Origin: Octopus sinensis
Lineage: Eukaryota
DNA: 64,000 nucleotides
Assembly: GCF_006345805.1 (NCBI RefSeq)
Contig: NC_043015.1
Location: 14,818,001 to 14,882,000 of the forward strand
Direction: 5' to 3'
In this document: in pieces, positions 39,681-51,209 of the stretch
Position numbering within the stretch: the first letter of the stretch is position 1
How the letters are laid out: every line of letters starts with the position of its first letter
The notes under the pieces: generated by a model
What the model was told of the DNA's origin: nothing
What the model saw: the letters and a program-made list of their open reading frames with translations, nothing else
Databases searched by the model: none
Translations under genes and position numbers: made by a program

Positions 39681-39930
39681 TGTTTTTATGGAAGACCAGC
39701 CTATATGGAAGACTAACCTCCCCTCTCCATGCCACTGATATTATCCAAGGGAAAGGTAGAGAATGATACAGCTTAGCACTGGTGACATTGTAACTTGTAT
39801 CTATTGCTGAGTGAACTGAAGCAATGTGAAATAAAGTGTCTTGTTCAATGACACAACATACAGCCCAGTCTAGGAATCAAACTCACTACCTCATGATTGT
39901 AAGCCTGATGCTCTAACCACTGAGTTATGC
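39680..39930 (-). mobile_element. SINE family C, diverged copy
   Basis: Colinear with 28980-29270 (gctgagtgaactg..gcaatgtgaaataaagtgtcttg...ctctaaccactgag). Confidence 0.75.
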
Positions 39931-41130
39931 ACATTTGCATATTAAATTTGTTAAATTGCTTATGCCCCCATTATTTAGTATTTCAGCAAAAGAAAAAAAG
40001 AAAAGAAGCCAATGTAATGCGTCAAACTTTAATAAAAAAAAACTAACAATAAGGTCCATTTGATTAATTAAATCTTCAAGGCAGTCCCCCAGCTTGGCAA
40101 CAAGCCCACAGTAAAAGAGAGAGAATAGGGTGAAAAACAAAGTTGGCCTATGTGGAATTTAAGCTTTTTGCTATTATGCACTTAATTCTAGTTTAATACT
40201 CTTTTTGCTTTAGTGGAAAGAAGAGGAAAGGAAATGCTTACAGCTTCTCCCAATCTGGTAGGGTTCATAGAATTTATATTCAGGTTAAATTTCTTTAGGC
40301 TGAAGTCTATAAAAAGTGTGTGTTTAGGAAAAGATTTTCAGTAAGCAATAGTCCTGGCAATAAAATTGAATAAAATGTTTTGGTTGAGTTTTGATTGGGC
40401 AGATACATGGGTAACTACTGTATTCTCAGACAGGCAAGTCAAATTTTTCAGACTGAAATTCACAGCCAAAAGAAGATTGGTCTACTTATACTCCAAAATA
40501 ACTATGGAGGAGAGAAAATTCCATGTGAAATGCAGAAGGATTTGGAAAGAAAGTGATGATATTTGAATACTTACACTACATGTTTACACTATAAACTATG
40601 TTGTCTTGTTTGCTGGGAACTACTTCAGTTCAAAAGAACAAACTATTCTAGTTGCAGTGAAAGAGACTACGAAAGGATATGGTTCATACTGAGTGAAGTT
40701 TTCCCAAAAATTTGGATCAGTTTCTTTCTTTTTTTCCTTTCTTTCTTCCTTTTTATCTTTCTTTCTTTCTTTCTCTCTCTCACTACCCCCCATTTCTCCT
40801 AAGAGAGAGAGAGAGAGAGAGACGGGTATGAGAACAGTATAGAATGCACCTTTGTGATCAGTAATGTAGTGTGTATGTGTGTGCACACTTGTATCTCATA
40901 AAAGAAGAGTAGTTGTTCAGAGCTGAAGCATTCTCCGATTATGATAATGAAACCTATCTTTTGAGGATGGAGTTTTTGATGCGTTGTCATTATGAAAGTT
41001 CACTGGAGGTTGTGAAGCTAAGCATTTTCTAAGTTTGTGAAGATTTCAGCTATATATTGTTCCTGAGTATACACATACACATATACATATATGTATATGT
41101 ACACATCTATTTACACACACACAATATATA

Positions 41131-41165
<35 letters not shown>

Positions 41166-41879
41166 ATGTGTATATATATATGAATATATATGAGAGAGAA
41201 ATTTGTAAATGTTTCCTTGAAATGTGGAGTGACAGTGTCTTGGTGCAACCGAATGAGACTAGATTAAAAATATCCTCATAGAGGATGCTTTCAAACTCTC
41301 TATTTATAGGCCTCATGCAACTCAGGCATAAGGTGTCTGAAATGTGTTGTGAATGACACCTATATACAAAGATTATTGAAGAGTGAAGTGTGATAGCATC
41401 TGCATTATAACATGTGGTTAGAATTAGAATTAACAGTGAGCAATTGTTAATGCACGGAAGTAAGATTATATAAGACGTATAGCAAAACCTGTGGTGTGTG
41501 TGTGTGTGTAGTAATAGTAGTAGTGATCATGGCATAAGCATTAGGAAACAATTTTAATCCAAAGTGGTGTCTTCTGTTACTGGTTTCAGTCAATGGATTG
41601 TAGCCATGAGGAGGTACTTCCTCCAGGCATTTTTAACCTATAATATGAGCCTCAGGTACTTTGTCTGTTACATATTTCATTATTCCATCATTTCCATTTC
41701 CATAATCCATGAAATGCAAAATAGATATTGGCATAAAAAAAAAAAGATAATTTAGTCAAACCTAAATACTTACAGAGCATCTCTGTTTGCTGATATGAAT
41801 ACACATGCACACACTCACACACATACTCACCTACATTCTCACACACACAATTTTTATATACAAATTTTACTTAAAATTG

Positions 41880-41995
41880 ATTAGTCAACAGAGGCTGTGG
41901 TAGAAGGCACTTATTCAAAATGCAGTACAGCAAGATTGACCCTGGAAACACATGGTTGCAAGCAAACTTCTTAACCACATAACCATACCTGTGCT
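41880..41995 (-). mobile_element. SINE family A, head fragment
   Basis: gtagaaggcactt...cttcttaaccacataaccatacc is the reverse complement of the family A head. Confidence 0.6.
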
Positions 41996-42179
41996 CTTGT
42001 GTTTTATAATTGCACTGGTGACTACTTTGAAACATGTATAAATTATAAAGTGGTTATCTTGAAACTAGTTTGATGTAAGCTGTGAGAATTAGATTAATGC
42101 CACCAGAATAGTAGTGTTTCACTACTGTGTCAGTAGCAAGTTAATTTCATGTGGAAAAATATATAAATGTTAAAATCAC

Positions 42180-42400
42180 CATCGTCAACATCATCATTTA
42201 ACGTCCATTTTCCATACTGGCATGGGTTTGACAATTTGACAGGAGCTTGTCAGCTGAAAAGCTGTCCAGTTTCCATGTCTGTTTTGGCATGGTTTCTACT
42301 ACTGGATGCCCTTCCTAACACCAACCACTTTACAGAGTGTATTGGGTGTATTTACGTGTCACCAGCATGGGTGCTTTTTATGTAGCACCAACACCCATGA
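42180..42400 (-). mobile_element. RTE-tail element
   Basis: catcatttaacgtccattttccatactggcatggg...ggatgcccttcctaacaccaacc is the reverse complement of the RTE terminus. Confidence 0.75.
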
Positions 42401-43710
42401 GCCAACAAGATTAGGATTGTTAAAATATTTATTGAATTTGGAGATGATAATTATATGAAAAAGGGTAATTACATAAACAAAATAAAGTTCATTGTATCAA
42501 TATGTAAAAGAGAATAACAATTTCAGTATACTTGTTTATAAATGAAATAAGTTGAGAATTCCAGAATTACGTTAAAGCTAACAGTAATGATAAGATGAAT
42601 GCATCACAAAAGAAGTTATAATATAAGCATTACAATAAATTAGATTTAAAAATGTCTCACTGCAATGAAGAAAAAGTAAGTGTACTGTGTTATTATTCAA
42701 CATGTGTATCTGTCTAAATAGAATTACAATTGGGATATGATTAATTGAAGAAATATAATAAATTTTAGTTAGCATAACATTGATTTGAGGAAAGAATTTT
42801 TTGAAAACAACAGAATGATAGAGATTGTGTAAAACCATTTCAGAAATCTCTTATCTAAGTATAATGTGTATGTACTGAAACAGGTGTGAATTTGTGTAAG
42901 TGTGGCTTTTCATGATGTGTACATACATTATATGGTACATTGAATTGTATACACTCATGGAAAATGGTGCAGATCGATTTTCATACAAGAGATGAGAAAC
43001 ATAAACTATATAAGCATGGTTGCCATGACAACAGAGAATTTATGTACTTTTCGAATTTTATTACTGTGCAAAAATGTGTCAATAACATGAGAAAAAAACG
43101 AACATGGTAACATGCTTCACATATTTAGCCATGCTGTAAAATAATAAATGTTACCTTAGATTTGCCATCCATAAGATTGAACATGGAACCTGACAAAAAC
43201 AACAAAAAAGTAGCTAACAACAGCTCAATATGTATTGTGCTCAAATAAAGTAGAAGAACTATAACACAACAAATTGGATTCCAAAACAAGCAATGCTAAA
43301 TAACATTACCAGATTTTGAAAATTGTTGGAGTGGAATTGGTTAGAGCAAGTCCATAGGATGAGTGACAGCTGGTTGGCCAAAAAAAAATAAATAAATAAC
43401 AAAAAGGCGGTGTTATAGACTGGATTCCAAAGAGCTATAAATGAAACAAAAGGTGATGCTGAAAATGATAGAGAGCAGAACTGGATCAATTTGACAAAGA
43501 CTGGAAATCAGAAATCCCAAAATGAAAGTTATGGCAAGAAAACATTAGCTAGTTTTAATGATGGACATGCACAATACATTGTAAAAAATGGTAGGTTATT
43601 GTTCGTGAATGTTGTTCCTAATGAGGTATTGGATGATATTGTTTATTATTTCATTATGAAGTTGGACTAGAACTTTTTCAAATTATTGCTTATTTCTTTT
43701 ACATTTCCAG

Positions 43711-43789
43711 CTGGTATGGACCATTATTTGCAATTATTGCCCTCCTGTTTGTCACCTACATCTATATTGTGATCACTCTTTCAAGAAAG
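43711..43789 (+). CDS. GPCR exon E (I-WYGPLFAIIALLFVTYIYIVITLSRK; TM5)
   Basis: Acceptor ttttacatttccag, donor AAG|gtaatc; 79 nt, phase 2 to 0; hydrophobic helix beginning WYGPL. Confidence 0.92.
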
Positions 43790-43815
43790 GTAATCCATAT
43801 TTTACAATTTTTTAA

Positions 43816-43870
<55 letters not shown>

Positions 43871-44164
43871 CGCGCGCGCGCAAATACTACAAAATCTTAA
43901 ATTAAAATCATTTCAAAATTGTGTATTTCACCACTAGTAATTTCACCAAAATTATTGCTATCTTATCCCATAATTCTTAATTTGGAGTAAATTTTTCCTG
44001 AGAAGGGCATTTCAGATTCCAAGAGAAAATTTTCAAACAGGAAAATAGAAAAGTTCTTTATCATATTTCCCACTGTTTTTGCTAGATTTATTTTTTTATT
44101 AATGTTGATTTAAGATTTGCTCATAATAAATTGATATAAAACTGTTAATGTTATGCAATACTTA

Positions 44165-44394
44165 GTGTTCTCAACTACATAGTTCCAGCTTCATTCCCAC
44201 TATGTTACACCTTGGGCAAATGTCTTCTGCTACAGACCCTGGTCAACTAAAGCCTTGTGAGTGAATTTGGTAGACAGATGCTGAAAGAAGCCCGTCGTGT
44301 GTATGTGTGTGTATATATATAGACAAATTTGTCTTGATATTTGGATTTTCCTTTGTTAAATAAAAGTTCATCTCAATATTTCTCTGGCATTTAT

Positions 44395-44432
<38 letters not shown>

Positions 44433-44670
44433 TAGATATCTGTGTTATTTTATGTTTGTGTTTGGTCTTCACCACTGCTTGACAACTGGTGTTGGTTTAT
44501 TTATGTCCCCATAGCTTAGTGATTCAGCAAAAAGAGACTGATAGAATAAGTACTAGGTTTAGAAGCAAAAACAGTACTGGGATCTATATGTTTGACTAAA
44601 CCCTTCAAAGTATTGCCCCAGTATGGCTGAAATCCAGTGACTAAAACAAGAGATACGATAAAAGATATCT
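44165..44670 (+). mobile_element. SINE family A with expanded internal microsatellite
   Basis: ccttgggcaaatgtcttc core, aagccttgtgagtgaatttggtagac and the family 3' end. Confidence 0.75.
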
Positions 44671-44744
44671 TACAAAAAAAGCATTGTTTTACATGTTATG
44701 TCAAACGTCTACACCCAAAAGCCTTGCCAACTTTCTACTTTTAA

Positions 44745-44919
44745 CCCCTTTGATACCATCCTGCCTGAGACTGCTCCAAGTTCAATAACATAAACTTACT
44801 GGTCTAAATTATAATTTTCTATCAAAATTTTATAAGTTGTTCCAGGCCTCAGCTTAGTAATTACAAAATTAATTGTAACAAAGGCATCATATGTTAACAG
44901 AAATATGGCAACAAATGGG
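44745..44919. mobile_element. piggyBac-type MITE
   Basis: TTAA at 44741-44744 and 44920-44923; ends cccctttgatacc and ggcaacaaatggg (10 of 13 complementary). Confidence 0.6.
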
Positions 44920-45489
44920 TTAAATGATTTGAAGTCTTTTTCCCTCAAATTGTAATTACTCAGTAACTAACCTCTTCCTGCAAACAGGAAGTTTACAAAT
45001 GCTAAAATATTTTAAACCCTTTACCCTTTTCATATAGGTAACCCCTCCATTTCCACATACCCATTACTCTCCTGAATCTCACCTAAAAATCTCTCATACA
45101 TTACTATTCCTACACTTGTGTTCTAAAAATCAAATCCAGTTTATATCATTGTGTCTATGTATTATACTTTTGCAGCTTTGTTTAATTTTAATATGCCACC
45201 ATGTCTGTTGACTGATACTTATTGAATATATTTATTTAGCTGCTTCTGAACTATCACATAGCTATTGATATGTTTTTGTACTTGTATATTCTTGTGACTG
45301 ATTAATTATTAGTAAATACATTTGGAAATGTCTTTAGGCACACATCTATCATCACACATATACAGTTGTGCATTTATCTGGTTGTATAGTGGGTGATATA
45401 TTTATAAGTGTGAATGTATGTATGTATCTGTATTTATATATCACTGTGTATGTACACACACACGTATACATATGTGTGTGTGGCAGTAG

Positions 45490-47170
45490 TGTGTATTGTA
45501 CACTGGAAATAGATTCTCTTAAATGCTTGGATGGCTCATTAGAAGTAGTTGACAGCTTTTGTTACCTAGGAGATGTGATTAGTAGCAGAGGCGGTTGGTC
45601 TGGAAGTATAGTGGCCAGGGTGAGACCAAACTGGAGAAAGTTCAAGGAGCTACTACTGCTGTTGGTAACAAAGGTCTTTTTCCTTCAGAGGGAAGGACAG
45701 ATTGTTTAATGCTTGTGTTAGAACTACACTGCTGTATGATAGTGCGATATAGGCCTTGAATGCAGAGAACTTGAGAAGTCTGGAAAGAAAGGAAATAGAG
45801 ATGCTCTGTTGGAGGTGCACTGTTAATGTACATTGAACAACATAGTACAAATGTGTTTAAAGAAAAACTGAGTTTTAGAGAAATAAGATGTAGTGTACAA
45901 GAAAGAAGACTGAGCTAGTATAGCCATTTGATGTATATGGATGAGGACAGCTCTATGAAGAAGTACCACTGAATGTGGATGGAGCTCATGGAAGAGGGGA
46001 GAAACCTAGGAAGACTTGTGCTGATGTGAAGGCTGATCTCAAGACCTTGATCCTCATAGAGAAAATGACAACGGAAAGGGATGATTGGCAATGTGTGGTT
46101 CTTGAGAAGACCCACCCACCCAGAAGCACTGTTTGTGTATATACATGTACAACTGGGCCCCGTCACCCAATGTCTTCCTTGAATCCCCACTACCACCACC
46201 CATCATCTCTATAACTGTAGCTCTTCCTTGATACCACCTATCTTTCTTACTATCCAGAATCATTTCATTTGTTATCTACTCTTCATTCATTAATACTCTT
46301 CTCTCCATCCACACTCATCACCACTATTTGTGTCTTTTTCCAGCTCCACCAGTCACACTGATCACCCCCCCCCCTACACACACAACTGAGCCACTTAATT
46401 ATCTCTCCTCCCCACTCACCATGTCTCTCTCTTTTTTCCTGTACAACACCTACCTATTTTCCCCACTCACCACACTCCTGCAACCTACCTGACCACATGT
46501 CATCTCTCTCTCTTTCTCTTTACTGTATCATCATTGATGTCCTGCTGCTCTTCCATACTTTCTTCAGCACCTTCTACCTCCTTCAATGCATGCATCATTG
46601 GTCATCCCTCACCTTATCCACTATTCAGCACACCCACCCTTTCTTTAACCTTACCCAATCTTTACAGATGTTGCCTAGCTCTCCCTATCACCCATTCCCC
46701 CATACTCCTGCAACCTCCCATCCACAATCCTGGCTCCTCTGTCTCTGCTCTCTTCCACTTACTTTGTACCTTAACAGTTCACCCAGACACATCATCACCA
46801 CAAGTTTTATCTCTTTCCAGTTCTACCATTCACTCTCATCCTCTCTTCTGAAATGTGTGTAACCATGTAGCTCTTCTTCAGCGAAAAACATCTGCTTTGC
46901 TCATACTTTAAACCCCGCATCTTCTGTCATTTTCTATGCCTCTCCATTTCCCCATTGGAGTTTGTGGTCTTGCATGCTAGTAGTACAAAAATCAAAAAAA
47001 AAAGAAAAACAAAGAAAAAGCCCAGTACATGCTGTAAAGTGGATGGCATTATGAAGGGCATCGAGCCATAGAAACCATGTCAAAGTCGACAGTCTTTGAA
47101 CCCATTGGATCCTGTCAAACCATCCAACCAGTGCCAACATAGAGCATAAAATTAAATGATGATGATGATG
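45490..47170 (+). mobile_element. Decayed RTE LINE 3' part with C/T-rich 3'UTR and (GAT)n tail
   Basis: LEVVDSFCYLGDVIS..GG...SIVARVR..WRKFKELL; GRGEKPRKT; the UTR mirrors 13200-14170; tail at about 47157. Confidence 0.8.
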
Positions 47171-47932
47171 ATGGTGGCAGTGGTGGTGCTGATGATGAGG
47201 ATGATGTATATTATATATGTATATAAGCAAGCTTGTGTACATATATGTATATGATCTGTAATTGTATGTTTGTAACACTCATGTTTACATACATAATTCA
47301 TATATTGTTTTTTTTTCACACTCTCTTTATCATTATTACATTATACATAATATTACACGACTATATGCAACAATATATGATCATATATTATATTATGCTG
47401 TTGCAAATTATATTACACCGTAGTATATAATATTACAGTGTATTTATACTTTAACTTTTTTTTACACATATACAAAAGCTGCATATATTCCTTTCATCTT
47501 TATTGAATAGCAATTGCCTCCCTTCAGCCAAAACCCAAATATCTTACAAATAGTTGTATCACAACCATCTCTGAATTTATAAATTATGAAATTGTGCAAA
47601 CACTTACAAAGAACCAAAAACTGCTGTTTTTCATTTAACATTAATGTTACAGATTATTCTAAACCTTAATATAATTCATATCCCCAAAATTAGAACTGAA
47701 AATATCATCATCACCATCATCATCATCATTGATCAGCTAACATCTGTTTGCATGGGTCAGATGGAGCTTTGTAGAGGCAGATTTTGTACAGCCTGATACC
47801 ATTCCTGTCAACAACCCTTGTGTGTTTCCAGGTAATATTTCCCCTATGGCCAAACATGTTTTTTATGGAAGACGAGAGTGAACAACATTACTTGTGTGAT
47901 GATGATGCCATCACATGATATCAAGACAAGGG

Positions 47933-47954
<22 letters not shown>

Positions 47955-47973
<19 letters not shown>

Positions 47974-48120
47974 TCACACACACACATCAGGCTTCTTTCA
48001 GTTTTTGTTTACCAAATCCATTCACAAAGTTATAGCAGAGACACTTGCCTGAGGCACCATGCAGTAAGACTGAACATGAAACCACATTGGTTGGGAAGTA
48101 AGGTTCTCAACCACACATTC
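47955..48120 (-). mobile_element. SINE family A, head fragment
   Basis: caggcttctttcagttttt..taccaaatccattcacaaag...ctcaaccacac. Confidence 0.65.
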
Positions 48121-48419
48121 ACACTTGTACATTAAAATTGAACACAATTAACACATGTTTGTTTATATAAAAGGTTTTCTATAAAGTCTAAGTCAATAAT
48201 ATTTAAATGCAATTTCTACCAACTCAAAATTTAATATGATTCTTTATGATTATCCAGCCAAGTTCTCCAAAGCAGCTATTTTTAACCATATAGCCCTTTC
48301 AGCTATAACTATTATATATTGTTCCCTTTGCAATTTAAATTGTTGGAATATAACTTTGAATTTAGTAGCCAAATCATTACATTTTAATTTAGACATGAAC
48401 TCACCAACAATCATCATCA

Positions 48420-48830
48420 ACATTTAATATCCATTGTCCATGCTGGCATGGGTTGGACGATTTGACAGGTACTGGCAAGGCCAGGGGCCATGCCAAGTCC
48501 CATCATCTGTTCTGGCTTTGTGTCTATGGCTGGATGTCCTTCCTAATGCCGACCACTTTACAGAGTGTACTGAGTGCTTTTTACATGGCACTATCACCGG
48601 TGCTTTTTATGTGGCACCAGCACCCACACCAATGCTTTTTATGTGACACCTTGGTTTTAGGATCTCAATTCTGTTGTGGTGGATGGGTCTTCTTAAGTAC
48701 AGCAATGTGCCACATGTCTTGGTCCTCTGTCATCTCCACCCTCTATTCATCAAATAATATTTCCATATTATTATTATTTTCCATTTTTGACTCTCATATT
48801 TTTTACTGCCATTCTCTCTTTTGAATACTT
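48420..48830 (-). mobile_element. RTE-tail element with modular 3'UTR remnants
   Basis: ccatgctggcatgggttggacgatttgac...ggatgtccttcctaatgccgacc; repeated gtgctttttatgtggcac modules. Confidence 0.7.
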
Positions 48831-49089
48831 TCTAGTCTTGGCATATGCTGAATCTCTAACGTTCAGATTCCCCTACCTTTCTTTACTACTACTACTACAA
48901 CTACCACCACCCCCACCCCACCACTACTAGATCATGTAAATTTACACACACAAACACTCATATATGCATATATACCATATATCATATATATTTACACATA
49001 CATACACACGCACACACACACACACACACACATATAGTAAAAAAAAAGAAGAGAATTGCTATTATCCCCATGTGGTGAGTTCCCAACCT

Positions 49090-49575
49090 ACTTGAAGGCT
49101 TGGAATTCCACTTCAAACAAGGAAAGAGGTTTGCAGTTAAGACCAACTTCACTTGTGCATCTGAGAATTGGTGTTATAACTTGTTCGGGTTGTGGACATA
49201 ACTATATAGGACAGACAAGTATGTCACTTGGACAGAGAACCACACTGCATAAAGAACAGATCCATTTCTCAAGTTATAGACAAATACCTTTGAGTGAACA
49301 CATAGAGATATGTGCAAGGAATCACTGACCAGATTTCACTATTTTCCCTAACTACCAGTGCAAGGAAACAATTTCTTCACAAGAACATTTAAAAAGAAAA
49401 TTAATTTATCAAAAATACAGAACATGCCTAAATATGAATGCATACTATGTAAATTGTAATTCATGATCGCATATCCATCAGTGTACATAATATGTACACT
49501 ACTACTTTAGCTCATGAGTTTATCTGGTCAGTGATTCCTTGCACATATCTCTATGTGTTCACTCAAAGGTATTAA
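49090..49575 (+). mobile_element. Penelope-like GIY-YIG fragment with an inverted terminal segment
   Basis: FAVKTNFTCASEN, then VITCSGCGHNYIGQTSMSLGQRTTLHKEQI...LSEHIEIC; a 52-bp exact inverted copy lies at 49522-49573. Confidence 0.8.
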
Positions 49576-49839
49576 TTTAACCACCAGCCAAAAATGAGCC
49601 ATTACCTCCCCTGTCACAAATAATAACAATCAATAATTACCTCCCCTTATATTTTTCTACTTGTTTATTCACTCACAAACTTTCATACAAAAACATGAAC
49701 TAAAACCTTCATAAGAAAATACAAAATCACAATAATTTCCATGTCATGATTAGCAAAATGCAAAACCAGTCGATTACCACAATACTCTATCATTTAAAAT
49801 ATATAAAAACTATGTAAACTGTGTGCATTTACCTTCTTT

Positions 49840-49884
<45 letters not shown>

Positions 49885-49944
49885 TAAATATTTAAGTGTT
49901 GGGTATATTCCAAGACAGAGACAGGCAATGGAGCAACACACATA

Positions 49945-49982
<38 letters not shown>

Positions 49983-50139
49983 TATGTATATATACTTCAT
50001 TTCATTTTGCATACCACTGTTTGATAAGCAGTTTATGGCAAAAGCTTGAGTTGCAGACAACTTCTAAAAAATAAATCTATATCGACATAAATTTCTTTCT
50101 TCATATCACCACCACCACCACTACCATCACCATCATTGT

Positions 50140-51090
50140 TATCATCATCATTTTTCATACTGGCATGAGTTAAATGGGTCATTGTGTTTTGTGTTAGCTC
50201 TTATTTGGAATTTACTGTCCTTCTAGATAAATTGGGATTATATTTCACTCATATGTTCCATTTTTGCCATGGTTTCTACTGCTTCATGCCATTCGTAATT
50301 GCAACCTCTTTAAGGAGTGTACTGGATACATTTTATCATACCACCAACACTTGAGAGGTTATCCTGTTTCTGGCAAGATGAAAAATCATTCTCTCTCTTC
50401 TATTGTCTCTGTTATTTGCCATATATTTTACAGAGTATACTGGATGCATTTTATCATGTCACCAGCACTGGAGAAGTTGTCTTATCTGCAGAAAGATTAA
50501 AGATTCTTCTCTACTGTACATTATCTCCATGCTTTCAAAGTAACATTCTCAAGAGGATCTGAGTAAAAAGGTGATGCAAGAGGGAAAGCAAAATGGAAGA
50601 AACAATATAAAAAGATGATTGCAGAGAAAGTAATGGAAAGTAGATTGATACATAGCTACATGATGGTTGTTGGTAAGGAGACTGAATAGAAAAACAACAT
50701 GAGCAGCATCATCAAGGGAGAGAATGTGATAAGAGGGAGTTAGTGATGGAAGAGGAAATGATGGAAGTAGGAAAAGGTGTTGGATGTCCAGGCGGTAGTA
50801 ATGTAAGAGAAAGAGATAGATAGAGGGAGAGAGAGAAAGAGAGAGAGAGATGCATGATGGCAAAAGAGAGTGTGAGTGAATTGTCACAATAATAAATGGT
50901 AGAAGAGGGAGAAATGGAAGAGAAAGAAGTAATGGTGATTGAATATGGATAGATCCAATATTATCCCTCCCTACACAGATGGTGTGATAGAAGAGAGTTA
51001 TATTGATAGTAGGGGTTTACAGTGATAGCAGGAAGAGTTAGTGATAGATGAGAAAGGAATGAAGGGAGGCAGAGGGCAGTAGATAGAGAC
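50140..51090 (-). mobile_element. Decayed RTE-tail and purine-rich 3'UTR remnants, with an about 115-bp internal duplication
   Basis: catactggcatgag..., catggtttctact; agtgtactggatacattttatcat (about 50317) versus agtatactggatgcattttatcat (about 50434). Confidence 0.5.
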
Positions 51091-51137
51091 TTAAAATGTG
51101 TATAAGGTATGTAAGAAGATGCAAATGTAGATATTAT

Positions 51138-51209
<72 letters not shown>

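Noticed and set aside
40870-41350. Possible third GIY-YIG remnant on the minus strand (LCLSC...GCTKTL; IGFIIIIGECFSSEQLLF)
   Set aside because: Motif spacing does not fit, and a microsatellite interrupts it; I cannot support the call by eye.
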